From the NCBI GenBank assembly GCA_964016885.1, contig OZ024743.1, forward strand, positions 211,544,001-211,608,000: DNA of 64,000 nucleotides, read 5' to 3'. Positions 50,801 to 64,000 of this stretch are shown one piece after another. Each line of letters begins with the position of its first letter. Position 1 is the stretch's first letter. The position numbers were made by a program, and so were the translations under genes. The notes below the pieces were generated by a model, which saw nothing but the letters and a program-made list of their open reading frames with translations, did not search any database and was not told the origin of the DNA. The DNA is from Eledone cirrhosa (taxonomy: Eukaryota).

Positions 50801-53800
50801 TACCAAGAATACTGGATATATGTCATATATACCAGGATTACTGGATATATGTCATATATACCAAGATTACTGGATATATGTCATATATACCAGGATTACT
50901 GGATATATCCCATATATACCAGGATTACTGGATATATGTCATATATACCAGGAATACTGGATATATGTCATATATACCAGGATTACTGGATATATCTCAC
51001 ATATACCAGGATTACTGGATATATGTCATATATACCAGGAATACTGGATATATGTCATATATACCAGGATTACTGGATATATCTCATATATACCAGGATT
51101 ACTGGATATATGTCATATATACCTGGATTACTGGATATATGTCATATATACAGGATTACTGGATATATGTCATATATACCAGGAATACTGGATATATGTC
51201 ATATATACCAGGATTACTGGATATATCTCATATATACCAGGATTACTGGATATATGTCATATATACCAGGAATACTGGATATATGTCATATATACCAGGA
51301 TTACTGGATATATCTCATATATACCAGGATTACTGGATATATGTCATATATACCAGGATTACTGGATATATGTCATATATACCTGGATTACTGGATATAT
51401 GTCATATATACAGGATTACTGGATATATGTCATATATACCAGGATTACTGGATATATCTCATATATACCAGGATTACTGGATATATGTCATATATACCAG
51501 GATTACAGGATATATCTCATATACCAGGATTACTGGATATATATCATATATACCAGGATTACTGGATATATGTCATATACCAGGATTACTGGATATATTT
51601 CATATATACCAAGATTACTGGATATATGACATATATACCAGGAATACTGGATATATGTCATATATACCAGGATTACTGGATATATCTCATTTATACCAGG
51701 ATTACTGAATATATGTCATATATACCAGGAATACTGGATATATGTCATATATACCAGGATTACTGGATATATCTCATATATACCAGGATTACTGAATATA
51801 TGTCATATATACCAGGAATACTGTATATATGTCATATATACCAGGATTACTGGATATATGTCATATATCCCAGGATTACTGGATATATGTTATATATACC
51901 AGGATTACTGGATATATGTCATATATACCTGGATTACTGGATATGTCATATATACCAGGATTACTGGATATATGTCATATACATCAGGAATACTGGATAT
52001 ATGTCATATATACCAGGATTACTGGATATATGTCATATATACCACGATTACTGAATATATCTCAAATACCAGGATTACTGGATATATCTCATATACCAGG
52101 ATTACTGGATATATCTCATATACCAGGATTACTGGATATATCTCATATGCCAGGATTACTGGATATATGACATATATAGCAGGATTACTGGATATATGAC
52201 ATACATACCAGGATTATTAGATATATGTCATATATACCAGGATTACTGGATATATCTCATATATACCAGGATTACTGGATATATGTCATATATACCAGCA
52301 TTATTGAATATATGTCATATATACCAGGATTACTGGATATATGTCATATATACCAGGATTACTGGATATATGTCATATATACGAGGATTACTGGATATAT
52401 GTCATATATACCAGGATTATTGGATATATGTCATATATACCAGGATTACTGGATATATGTCATATATACCATGAATACTGGATATTACTGGATATATGTC
52501 ATATATACCAGGATTACTGGATATATGTCATATATACCAGGATTACTGGATATAAGTCATATATACCTGGTTTACTGGAAATATGTCATATATACCAGGA
52601 ATACTGGATATACGTCATATAGACCAGGATTACTGGATATATCTCATATATACCAGGATTACTGGATATATGTCATATATACCAGGATTACTGGATATAT
52701 CTCATATATACCAGGATTAGTGGATATATCTCATATATACCAGGATTACTGGATATATGACATACATACCAGGATTATTAGATATATGTCATATATACCA
52801 GGATTATTGGACATATCTCATATATACCAGGATTACTGGATACATGTCATTTATACCAGGAGTATTGGATATATGTCACATATACCAGGATTACTGGATA
52901 TATGTCATATATACCAGGATTACTGGATATATGTCATATATACGAGGATTACTGGATATATGTCATATATACCAGTATTATTGGATAAATGTCATATATA
53001 CCAGGATTACTGGATATATGTCATATATACCAGGATTACTGTATATATGTCATATATACCAGGATTACTGGATATATCTCATATATACCAGGATTACTGG
53101 ATATATGTCATATATACCAGGATTACTGGATATATCTCATATATACCAGGATTACTGGATATATCTCATATATAGCAGGATTACTGGATATATGTCATAT
53201 ATACCAGGATTACTGGATATATCTCATATATACCAGGATTAGTGGATATATCTCATATATACCAGGATTACTGGATATATGACATACATACCAGGATTAT
53301 TAGATATATTTTATATATACCAGGATTATTGGACATATCTCATATATACCAGGATTACTGGATACATGTCATTTATACCAGGAGTATTGGATATATGTCA
53401 CATGTACCAGGATTACTGGATATATGTCATATATACCAGGATTACTGGATATATGTCATATATACCAGGATTACTGTATATATGTCATATATACCAGGAT
53501 TACTGGATATATCTCATATATACCAGGATTACTGGATATATGTCATATATATCAGGAATACTGGATATATGTCATATATACCAGGATTACTGGATATATG
53601 TCATATATACCAGGAATACTGAATATATCTCATATACCAGGATTACTGGATATATCTCATATACCAGGATTACTGGATATATCTCATATACCAGGATTAC
53701 TGGATATATCTCATATGCCAGGATTACTGGATATATATCATATATACCTGGATTACTGGATATATGTCATATACCAGGATTACTGGATATATCTCATATA

Positions 53801-56351
53801 TACCAGGATTACTGGATATATGACATACATACCAGGATTATTAGATATATGTCATATATACCAGGATTACTGGATATATCTCATATATACCAGGATTACT
53901 GGATATATGTCATATATAACAGGATTATTGAATATATGTCATATATAACAGGATTACTGGATATATGTCATATATACCATGAATACTGGATATTACTGGA
54001 TATATGTCATATATACCAGGATTACTGGATATATGTCATATATACCAGGATTACTGGATATAAGTCATATATACCTGGATTACTGGATATATGTCATATA
54101 TAGCAGGAATACTGGATATATGTCATATATACCAGGATTACTGGATATATCTCATATATACCAGGATTACTGGATATATGTCATATATACCAGGATTACT
54201 GGATATATCTCATATACCAGGATTAATGGATATATCTCATATTCCAAGATTACTGGATATATATCATATATACCAGGATTACTGGATATATGACATATAT
54301 ACCAGGATTATTAGATATATGTCATACATACCAGCGTTATTGGATATATCTCATATATACCAGGATTACTGGATACATGTCATATATACCAGGAGTATTG
54401 GATGTATGTCATATATACCAGGATTACTGGATATATGTCATATATACCAGGATTACTGGATATATGTCATATATACGAGGATTACTGGATATATGTCATA
54501 TATACCAGTATTATTGGATATATGTCATATATACCAGGATTACTAGATATATGTCATATATACCAGGATTACTGTATATATGTCATATATACCAGGATTA
54601 CTGGATATATCTCATATATACCAGGATTACTGGATATATGTCATATATACCAGGATTACTGGATATATGTCATATATACCAGGATTACTGGATATATGTC
54701 ATATATCCAGTAATCCTAGTATATATGACATATATACCAGGATTACTGGATATATGTCATATATACCAGGATTACTGGATATATGTCATATATAGCAGGA
54801 TTACTGCATATATGTCATATATACCAGGATTACTGGATATATGTCATATACACCAGGATTTTTGCATATATGTCATATATACCAGTATTACTGGATATAT
54901 GTCATATATACTAGGATTACTGGATATATCTCATATATACCAGGTTTACTGGATATATGTCATATATACCAGGATTACTGGATATATGTCATATATACCA
55001 GGATTACTAGATATATCTCATATAGACCAGGATTACTGGATATATGTCATATATACCAGGAATACTGGATATATGTAATATATACCAGGATTACTGGATA
55101 TATGTCATATATACCAGGATTACTGGATATATGTCATATACACCTGGATTACTGGATATATGTCATATATACCAGGATTACTCGATATATGTCATATATA
55201 CCAGGATTACTGGATATATGTCATATATACTAGGATTACTGGATATGTCATATATACCAGGATGACTGGATATATGTCATATATACCAGGATTACTGGAT
55301 ATATGTCATATATACTAGGAGTACTGGATATATCTGATATATACCAGGATTACTGGATATATGTCATATATACCAGGATTACTGGATATATATCATATAT
55401 ACCAGGATTACTGGATATATCTCATATATACCATGATTACTGGATATATGTCATATATACCAGGATTACTTTATATATGTCATATATACCAGGAATACTG
55501 GATATATGTCATATATACCAGGATTACTGGATATATGTCATATATACCAGTATTACTGGATATATGTCATATATACCTGGATTACTGGATATATGTCATA
55601 TATACCAGGATTACTGAATATATGTCATATATACCAGGAATACTGGATATATGTCATATATACCAGGATTACTGGATATATCTCATATATACCAGGATTA
55701 CTGGATATATGTCATATATACAAGGATTACTGGATATATCTCATATACCAGGATTACTGGATATATCTCATATACCAGGATTACTGGATATATCTCATAT
55801 ATCAGGATTACTGGATATATATCATATATACCAGGATTACTGGATATATGTCATATACCAGGATTACTGGATATATCTCAGATATACCAGGATTACTGGA
55901 TATATGACATATATACCAGGATTATTAGATATATGTCATATATACCAGGATTACTGGATATGTCATATATACCAGGATTACTGGATATATGTCATATATA
56001 CTAGGATTACTGGATATGTCATATATACCAGGATTACTGGATATATGTCATATATCCAGTAATCCTAGTATATATGACATATATACCAGGATTACTGGAT
56101 ATATGTCATATACCAGGATTACTGGATATATCTCAGATATACCAGGATTACTGGATATATGTCATATATACCAGGATTAGTGGATATATGTCATATACAC
56201 CAGGATTACTGGATATATCTCATACATACCAGGATTACTGGATATATGTCATATATACCAGGATTACTGGATATATGTCATATATACCAGGATTACTGGA
56301 TATATCTCATATATACCAGGATTACTGGATATATGTCATATATACCAGGAT

Positions 56352-56449
56352 CGACGAGGTTGACTTTGCCTTTCATCCTTACGGTTCGATAAAATAAAGT
56401 ACCAGTAATGCACTGGGTAATTGCTGGCCTTGTGCCTAAAGTAGAAACA
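56352..56449 (+). mobile_element. 98-bp insert, copy 4 (CGACGAGG variant)
   Basis: Same junctions; one C>A change at the third base; 18,069 bp from copy 1. Confidence 0.7.
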
Positions 56450-58417
56450 ATTATTGGATATATGTCATATATACCAGGATTACTGGATATATCTCATATA
56501 TACCAGGATTAGTGGATATATGTCATATATACCAGGATTACTGGATATATCTCATACATACCAGGATTACTGGATATATCTCATATATACCAGGATTAGT
56601 GGATATATGTCATATATACCAGGATTACTGGATATATCTCATACATACCAGGATTACTGGATATATGTCATATATACCAGGATTACTGGATATATGTCAT
56701 ATATACCAGGATTACTGGATATATCTCATATATACCAGGATTACTGGATATATGTCATATATACCAGGATTACTGGATATATGTCATATATACCAGGATT
56801 ACTGGATATATGTCATATATACCAGGATTACTGGATATATGTCATATAGACTAGGATTACTGGATATAAGTCATATGTACCAGGATTACTGGATATATGC
56901 CATATATACCAGGATTACTGGATATATCTCATACATACCAGGATTACTGGATATATGTCATATATACCAGGATTACTGGATATATGTCATATATACCAGG
57001 ATTACTGGATATATCTCATATATACCAGGATTACTGGATATATGTCATATATACCAGGATTATTGGATATATGTCATATATACCAGGATTACTGGATATA
57101 TCTCATATATACCAGGATTAGTGGATATATGTCATATATACCAGGATTACTGGATATATGTCATATATCCAGTAATCCTAGTATATATGACATATATACC
57201 AGGATTACTGGATATATCTCATATATACCAGGATTACTGGATATATGTCATATATACCAGGATTACTGGATATATGTCATATATACCTGGATTACTGGAT
57301 ATGTCATATATACCAGGATGAATGGATATATGTCATATATATCAGGAATACTGGATATATGTCATATATACCAGGATTACTGGATATATGTCATATATAC
57401 CAGGAATACTGAATATATCTCATATACCAGGATTACTGGATATATCTCATATACAAGGATTACTGGATATATCTCATATACCAGGATTACTGGATATATC
57501 TCATATGCCAGGATTACTGGATATATATCATATATACCAGGATTACTGGATATATGTCATATACCAGGATTACTGGATATATCTCATATATACCAGGATT
57601 ACTGGATATATGACATACATACCAGGATTATTAGATATATGTCATATATACCAGGATTACTGGATATATCTCATATATACCAGGATTACTGGATATATGT
57701 CATATATACCAGGATTATTGAATATATGTCATATATACCAGGATTACTGGATATATGTCATATATACCAGGATTACTGGATATATGTCATATATACGAGG
57801 ATTACTGGATATATGTCATATATACCAGGATTATTGGATATATGTCATATATACCAGGATTACTGGATATATGTCATATATACCATGAATACTGGATATT
57901 ACTGGATATATGTCATATATACCAGGATTACTGGATATATGTCATATATACCAGGATTACTGGATATAAGTCATATATACCTGGATTACTGGATATATGT
58001 CATATATAGCAGGAATACTGGATATATGTCATATATACCAGGATTACTGGATATATCTCATATATACCAGGATTACTGGATATATGTCATATATACCAGG
58101 ATTACTGGATACATGTCATATACCAGGATTACTGGATATATCTCATATTCCAAGATTACTGGATATATATCATATATACCAGGATTACTGGATATATGAC
58201 ATATATACCAGGATTATTAGATATATGTCATACATACCAGCGTTATTGGATATATCTCATATATACCAGGATTACTGGATACATGTCATATATACCAGGA
58301 GTATTGGATGTATGTCATATATACCAGGATTACTGGATATATCTCATATATACCAGGATTACTGGATATATGTCACATATACCAGGATTACTGGATATAT
58401 GTCATATATACCAGGAT

Positions 58418-58515
58418 CGCCGAGGTTGACTTTGCCTTTCATCCTTACGGTTCGATAAAATAAAGTACCAGTAATGCACTGGGTAATTGCTGGCCTTGTG
58501 CCTAAAGTAGAAACA
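58418..58515 (+). mobile_element. 98-bp insert, copy 5
   Basis: Same sequence as copy 1; 2,066 bp after copy 4, with a different upstream monomer context beyond about three monomers. Confidence 0.7.
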
Positions 58516-61500
58516 ATTATTGGATATATGTCATATATACCAGGATTACTGGATATATCTCATATATACCAGGATTAGTGGATATATGTCATATATACCA
58601 GGATTACTGGATATATCTCATACATACCAGGATTACTGGATATATCTCATATATACCAGGATTAGTGGATATATGTCATATATACCAGGATTACTGGATA
58701 TATCTCATACATACCAGGATTACTGGATATATGTCATATATACCAGGATTACTGGATATATGTCATATATACCAGGATTACTGGATATATCTCATATATA
58801 CCAGGATTACTGGATATATGTCATATATACCAGGATTACTGGATATATGTCATATATACCAGGATTACTGGATATATGTCATATATACCAGGATTACTGG
58901 ATATATGTCATATAGACTAGGATTACTGGATATATGTCATATGTACCAGGATTACTGGATATATGCCATATATACCAGGATTACTGGATATATCTCATAC
59001 ATACCAGGATTACTGGATATATGTCATATATACCAGGATTACTGGATATATGTCATATATACCAGGATTACTGGATATATCTCATATATACCAGGATTAC
59101 TGGATATATGTCATATATACCAGGATTATTGGATATATGTCATATATACCAGGATTACTGGATATATCTCATATATACCAGGATTAGTGGATATATGTCA
59201 TATATACCAGGATTACTGGATATATGTCATATATCCAGTAATCCTAGTATATATGACATATATACCAGGATTATTGGATATATCTCATATATACCAGGAT
59301 TACTGGATATATGTCATATATACCAGGATTACTGGATATATGTCATATATACCTGGATTACTGGATATGTCATATATACCAGGATGAATGGATATATGTC
59401 ATATATATCAGGAATACTGGATATATGTCATATATACCAGGATTACTGGATATATGTCATATATACCAGGAATACTGAATATATCTCATATACCAGGATT
59501 ACTGGATATATCTCATATACAAGGATTACTGGATATATCTCATATACCAGGATTACTGGATATATCTCATATGCCAGGATTACTGGATATATATCATATA
59601 TACCAGGATTACTGGATATATGTCATATACCAGGATTACTGGATATATCTCATATATACCAGGATTACTGGATATATGACATACATACCAGGATTATTAG
59701 ATATATGTCATATATACCAGGATTACTGGATATATCTCATATATACCAGGATTACTGGATATATGTCATATATACCAGGATTATTGAATATATGTCATAT
59801 ATACCAGGATTACTGGATATATGTCATATATACCAGGATTACTGGATATATGTCATATATACGAGGATTACTGGATATATGTCATATATACCAGGATTAT
59901 TGGATATATGTCATATATACCAGGATTACTGGATATATGTCATATATACCATGAATACTGGATATTACTGGATATATGTCATATATACCAGGATTACTGG
60001 ATATATGTCATATATACCAGGATTACTGGATATAAGTCATATATACCTGGATTACTGGATATATGTCATATATAGCAGGAATACTGGATATATGTCATAT
60101 ATACCAGGATTACTGGATATATCTCATATATACCAGGATTACTGGATATATGTCATATATACCAGGATTACTGGATATATGTCATATACCAGGATTACTG
60201 GATATATCTCATATTCCAAGATTACTGGATATATATCATATATACCAGGATTACTGGATATATGACATATATACCAGGATTATTAGATATATGTCATACA
60301 TACCAGCGTTATTGGATATATCTCATATATACCAGGATTACTGGATACATGTCATATATACCAGGAGTATTGGATGTATGTCATATATACCAGGATTACT
60401 GGATATAACTCATATATACCAGGATTACTGGATATATGTCATATATACCAGGATTACTGGATATATGTCATATATACCAGGATTACTGGATATATGTCAT
60501 ATATACCAGGATTACTGGATATATGTCATATAGACTAGGATTACTGGATATATGTCATATGTACCAGGATTACTGGATATATGCCATATATACCAGGATT
60601 ACTGGATATATCTCATACATACCAGGATTACTGGATATATGTCATATATACCAGGATTACTGGATATATGTCATATATACCAGGATTACTGGATATATCT
60701 CATATATACCAGGATTACTGGATATATGTCATATATACCAGGATTATTGGATATATGTCATATATACCAGGATTACTGGATATATCTCATATATACCAGG
60801 ATTAGTGGATATATGTCATATATACCAGGATTACTGGATATATGTCATATATCCAGTAATCCTAGTATATATGACATATATACCAGGATTACTGGATATA
60901 TCTCATATATACCAGGATTACTGGATATATGTCATATATACCAGGATTACTGGATATATGTCATATATACCTGGATTACTGGATATGTCATATATACCAG
61001 GATGAATGGATATATGTCATATATATCAGGAATACTGGATATATGTCATATATACCAGGATTACTGGATATATGTCATATATACCAGGAATACTGAATAT
61101 ATCTCATATACCAGGATTACTGGATATATCTCACATACAAGGATTACTGGATATATCTCATATACCAGGATTACTGGATATATCTCATATGCCAGGATTA
61201 CTGGATATATATCATATATACCAGGATTACTGGATATATGTCATATACCAGGATTACTGGATATATCTCATATATACCAGGATTACTGGATATATGACAT
61301 ACATACCAGGATTATTAGATATATGTCATATATACCAGGATTACTGGATATATCTCATATATACCAGGATTACTGGATATATGTCATATATACCAGGATT
61401 ATTGAATATATGTCATATATACCAGGATTACTGGATATATGTCATATATACCAGGATTACTGGATATATGTCATATATACGAGGATTACTGGATATATGT

Positions 61501-63858
61501 CATATATACCAGGATTATTGGATATATGTCATATATACCAGGATTACTGGATATATGTCATATATACCATGAATACTGGATATTACTGGATATATGTCAT
61601 ATATACCAGGATTACTGGATATATGTCATATATACCAGGATTACTGGATATAAGTCATATATACCTGGATTACTGGATATATGTCATATATAGCAGGAAT
61701 ACTGGATATATGTCATATATACCAGGATTACTGGATATATCTCATATATACCAGGATTACTGGATATATGTCATATATACCAGGATTACTGGATATATGT
61801 CATATACCAGGATTACTGGATATATCTCATATTCCAAGATTACTGGATATATATCATATATACCAGGATTACTGGATATATGACATATATACCAGGATTA
61901 TTAGATATATGTCATACATACCAGCGTTATTGGATATATCTCATATATACCAGGATTACTGGATATATGTCATATATACCAGGAGTATTGGATGTATGTC
62001 ATATATACCAGGATTACTGGATATATGTCATATATACCAGGATTACTGGATATATGTCATATATACGAGGATTACTGGATATATGTCATATATACCAGTA
62101 TTATTGGATATATGTCATATATACCAGGATTACTGGATATATGTCATATATACCAGGATTACTGTATATATGTCATATATACCAGGATTACTGGATATAT
62201 CTCATATATACCAGGATTACTGGATATATGTCATATATACCAGGATTACTGGATATATGTCATATATACCAGGATTACTGGATATATGTCATATATACCA
62301 GGATTTCTGGATATATCTCATATATACCAGGATTACTGGATATATGTCATATATCCAGTAATCCTAGTATATATGACATATATACCAGGATTACTGGATA
62401 TATGTCATATATACCAGGATTACTGGATATATGTCATATATAGCAGGATTACTGCATATATGTCATATATACCAGGATTACTGGATATATGTCATATACA
62501 CCAGGATTTTTGCATATATGTCATATATACCAGTATTACTGGATATATGTCATATATACTAGGATTACTGGATATATCTCATATATACCAGGTTTACTGG
62601 ATATATGTCATATATACCAGGATTACTGGATATATGTCATATATACCAGGATTACTAGATATATCTCATATAGACCAGGATTACTGGATATATGTCATAT
62701 ATACCAGGAATACTGGATATATGTAATATATACCAGGATTATTGGATATATGTCATATATACCAGGATTACTGGATATATGTCATATATACCAGGATTAC
62801 TGGATATATGTCATATACACCTGGATTACTGGATATATGTCATATATACCAGGATTACTCGATATATGTCATATATACCAGGATTACTGGATATATGTCA
62901 TATATACTAGGATTACTGGATATGTCATATATACCAGGATGACTGGATATATGTCATATATACCAGGATTACTGGATATATGTCATATATACTAGGATTA
63001 CTGGATATATCTGATATATACCAGGATTACTGGATATATGTCATATATACCAGGATTACTGGATATATGTCATATATACCAGGATTACTGGATATATCTC
63101 ATATATAACAGGATTACTGGATATATGTCATATATACCAGGATTACTTTATATATGTCATATATACCAGGAATACTGGATATATGTCATATATACCAGGA
63201 TTACTGGATATATGTCATATATACCAGTATTACTGGATATATGTCATATATACCTGGATTACTGGATATATGTCATATATACCAGGATTACTGAATATAT
63301 GTCATATATACCAGGAATACTGGATATATGTCATATATACCAGGATTACTGGATATATCTCATATATACCAGGATTACTGGATATATGTCATATATACAA
63401 GGATTACTGGATATATCTCATATACCAGGATTACTGGATATATCTCATATACCAGGATTACTGGATATATCTCATATATCAGGATTACTGGATATATATC
63501 ATATATACCAGGATTACTGGATATATGTCATATACCAGGATTACTGGATATATCTCAGATATACCAGGATTACTGGATATATGACATATATACCAGGATT
63601 ATTAGATATATGTCATATATACCAGGATTACTGGATATGTCATATATACCAAGATTACTGGATATATGTCATATATACCAGGATTAGTGGATATATGTCA
63701 TATACACCAGGATTACTGGATATATCTCATACATACCAGGATTACTGGATATATGTCATATATACCATGATTACTGGATATATGTCATATATACCAGGAT
63801 TACTGGATATATCTCATATATACCAGGATTACTGGATATATGTCATATATACCAGGAT

Positions 63859-63957
63859 CGCCGAGGTTGACTTTGCCTTTCATCCTTACGGGGTCGATAA
63901 AATAAAGTACCAGTAATGCATTGGGTAATTGCTGGCCTTGTGCCTAAAGTAGAAACA
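63859..63957 (+). mobile_element. 99-bp insert, copy 6 (TACGGGGTCG allele, GCATTGGG variant)
   Basis: Same junctions; 19,109 bp from copy 3, with which it shares the GGGG allele. Confidence 0.7.
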
Positions 63958-64000
63958 ATTATTGGATATATGTCATATATACCAGGATTACTGGATATAT

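Larger units (their letters stand above)
56352..62000 (+). repeat. Nested tandem duplications with offsets 2,066 bp and 1,618 bp
   Basis: ORF pairs 56454/58520, 57322/59388 and 57755/59821 (2,066); 58934/60552, 59388/61006 and 59821/61439 (1,618). Confidence 0.9.
1..64000 (+). repeat. 29-bp tandem satellite array, consensus CCAGGATTACTGGATATATGTCATATATA, ~2,200 monomers, running off both ends of the window
   Basis: The monomer is readable throughout, and ATG starts in the ORF track recur at 29-bp steps. Common variants are GTC>CTC, GATTA>GAATA, CCAGG>CTAGG/CCTGG/CGAGG and 2-bp TA deletions giving 27-mers. Confidence 0.99.
35300..64000 (+). repeat. 18-19 kb macro-repeat: ~35.3-44.9 kb resembles ~53.5-64 kb
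   Basis: Offsets of 18,156 (35935/54091), 18,069 (37234/55303; inserts 1 and 4), 18,733 (42706/61439) and 19,109 (43929/63038; inserts 3 and 6). Confidence 0.8.

Noticed and set aside
37-63916. All listed ORFs as real CDS, including 25205..26980 (591 aa) and 45993..47669 (558 aa)
   Set aside because: They overlap in all three frames, encode the same repeat peptide and end at random stop-creating variants. This is a by-product of a stop-free monomer.
1-64000. CRISPR array (29-bp partly palindromic repeat)
   Set aside because: Repeats are directly head-to-tail with no unique spacers, leader or cas genes. The only insert is the same ~100-bp sequence six times, and it lies inside a repeat rather than between repeats.
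1-64000. Telomerase-type long telomeric repeat
   Set aside because: There is no G-rich/C-rich strand bias, and kb-scale duplications of variant patterns, inversions and inserts indicate recombinational rather than templated synthesis.
1-64000. CCAGG (Dcm/EcoRII CCWGG) site array or iteron-like protein-binding array
   Set aside because: The site is in most monomers and would give a BstNI ladder, but nothing indicates a prokaryotic or plasmid context, so it is treated as incidental.
1-64000. Nucleosome-length periodicity (5 x 29 = 145 bp)
   Set aside because: This is a numerical coincidence; no 5-mer higher-order pattern of variants is visible.

Overview
The whole 64 kb window is one AT-rich tandem satellite array (consensus about 31% GC) built from a 29-bp monomer, CCAGGATTACTGGATATATGTCATATATA, at roughly 2,200 copies. 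I find no credible protein-coding gene, RNA gene or CRISPR array. The hundreds of '+' strand ORFs arise because the monomer has no stop codon in any + frame. The array has layered internal structure: (1) each monomer holds two quasi-palindromes; (2) about 30 single monomers are locally inverted between perfected 15-bp inverted repeats, a template-switch signature; (3) 27-bp and 39-bp variant monomers recur in a fixed order; (4) nested duplications occur at about 1.6, 2.1, 3.2, 4.6, 5, 13 and 18-19 kb offsets; (5) six copies of one 98-99 bp non-satellite insert sit at the same monomer position, all beyond 38 kb. From memory the insert resembles a truncated octopus-type tRNA-derived SINE, which would make this animal (possibly cephalopod) heterochromatin; that assignment needs a database check. 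Counts and block boundaries were read by eye and are approximate.
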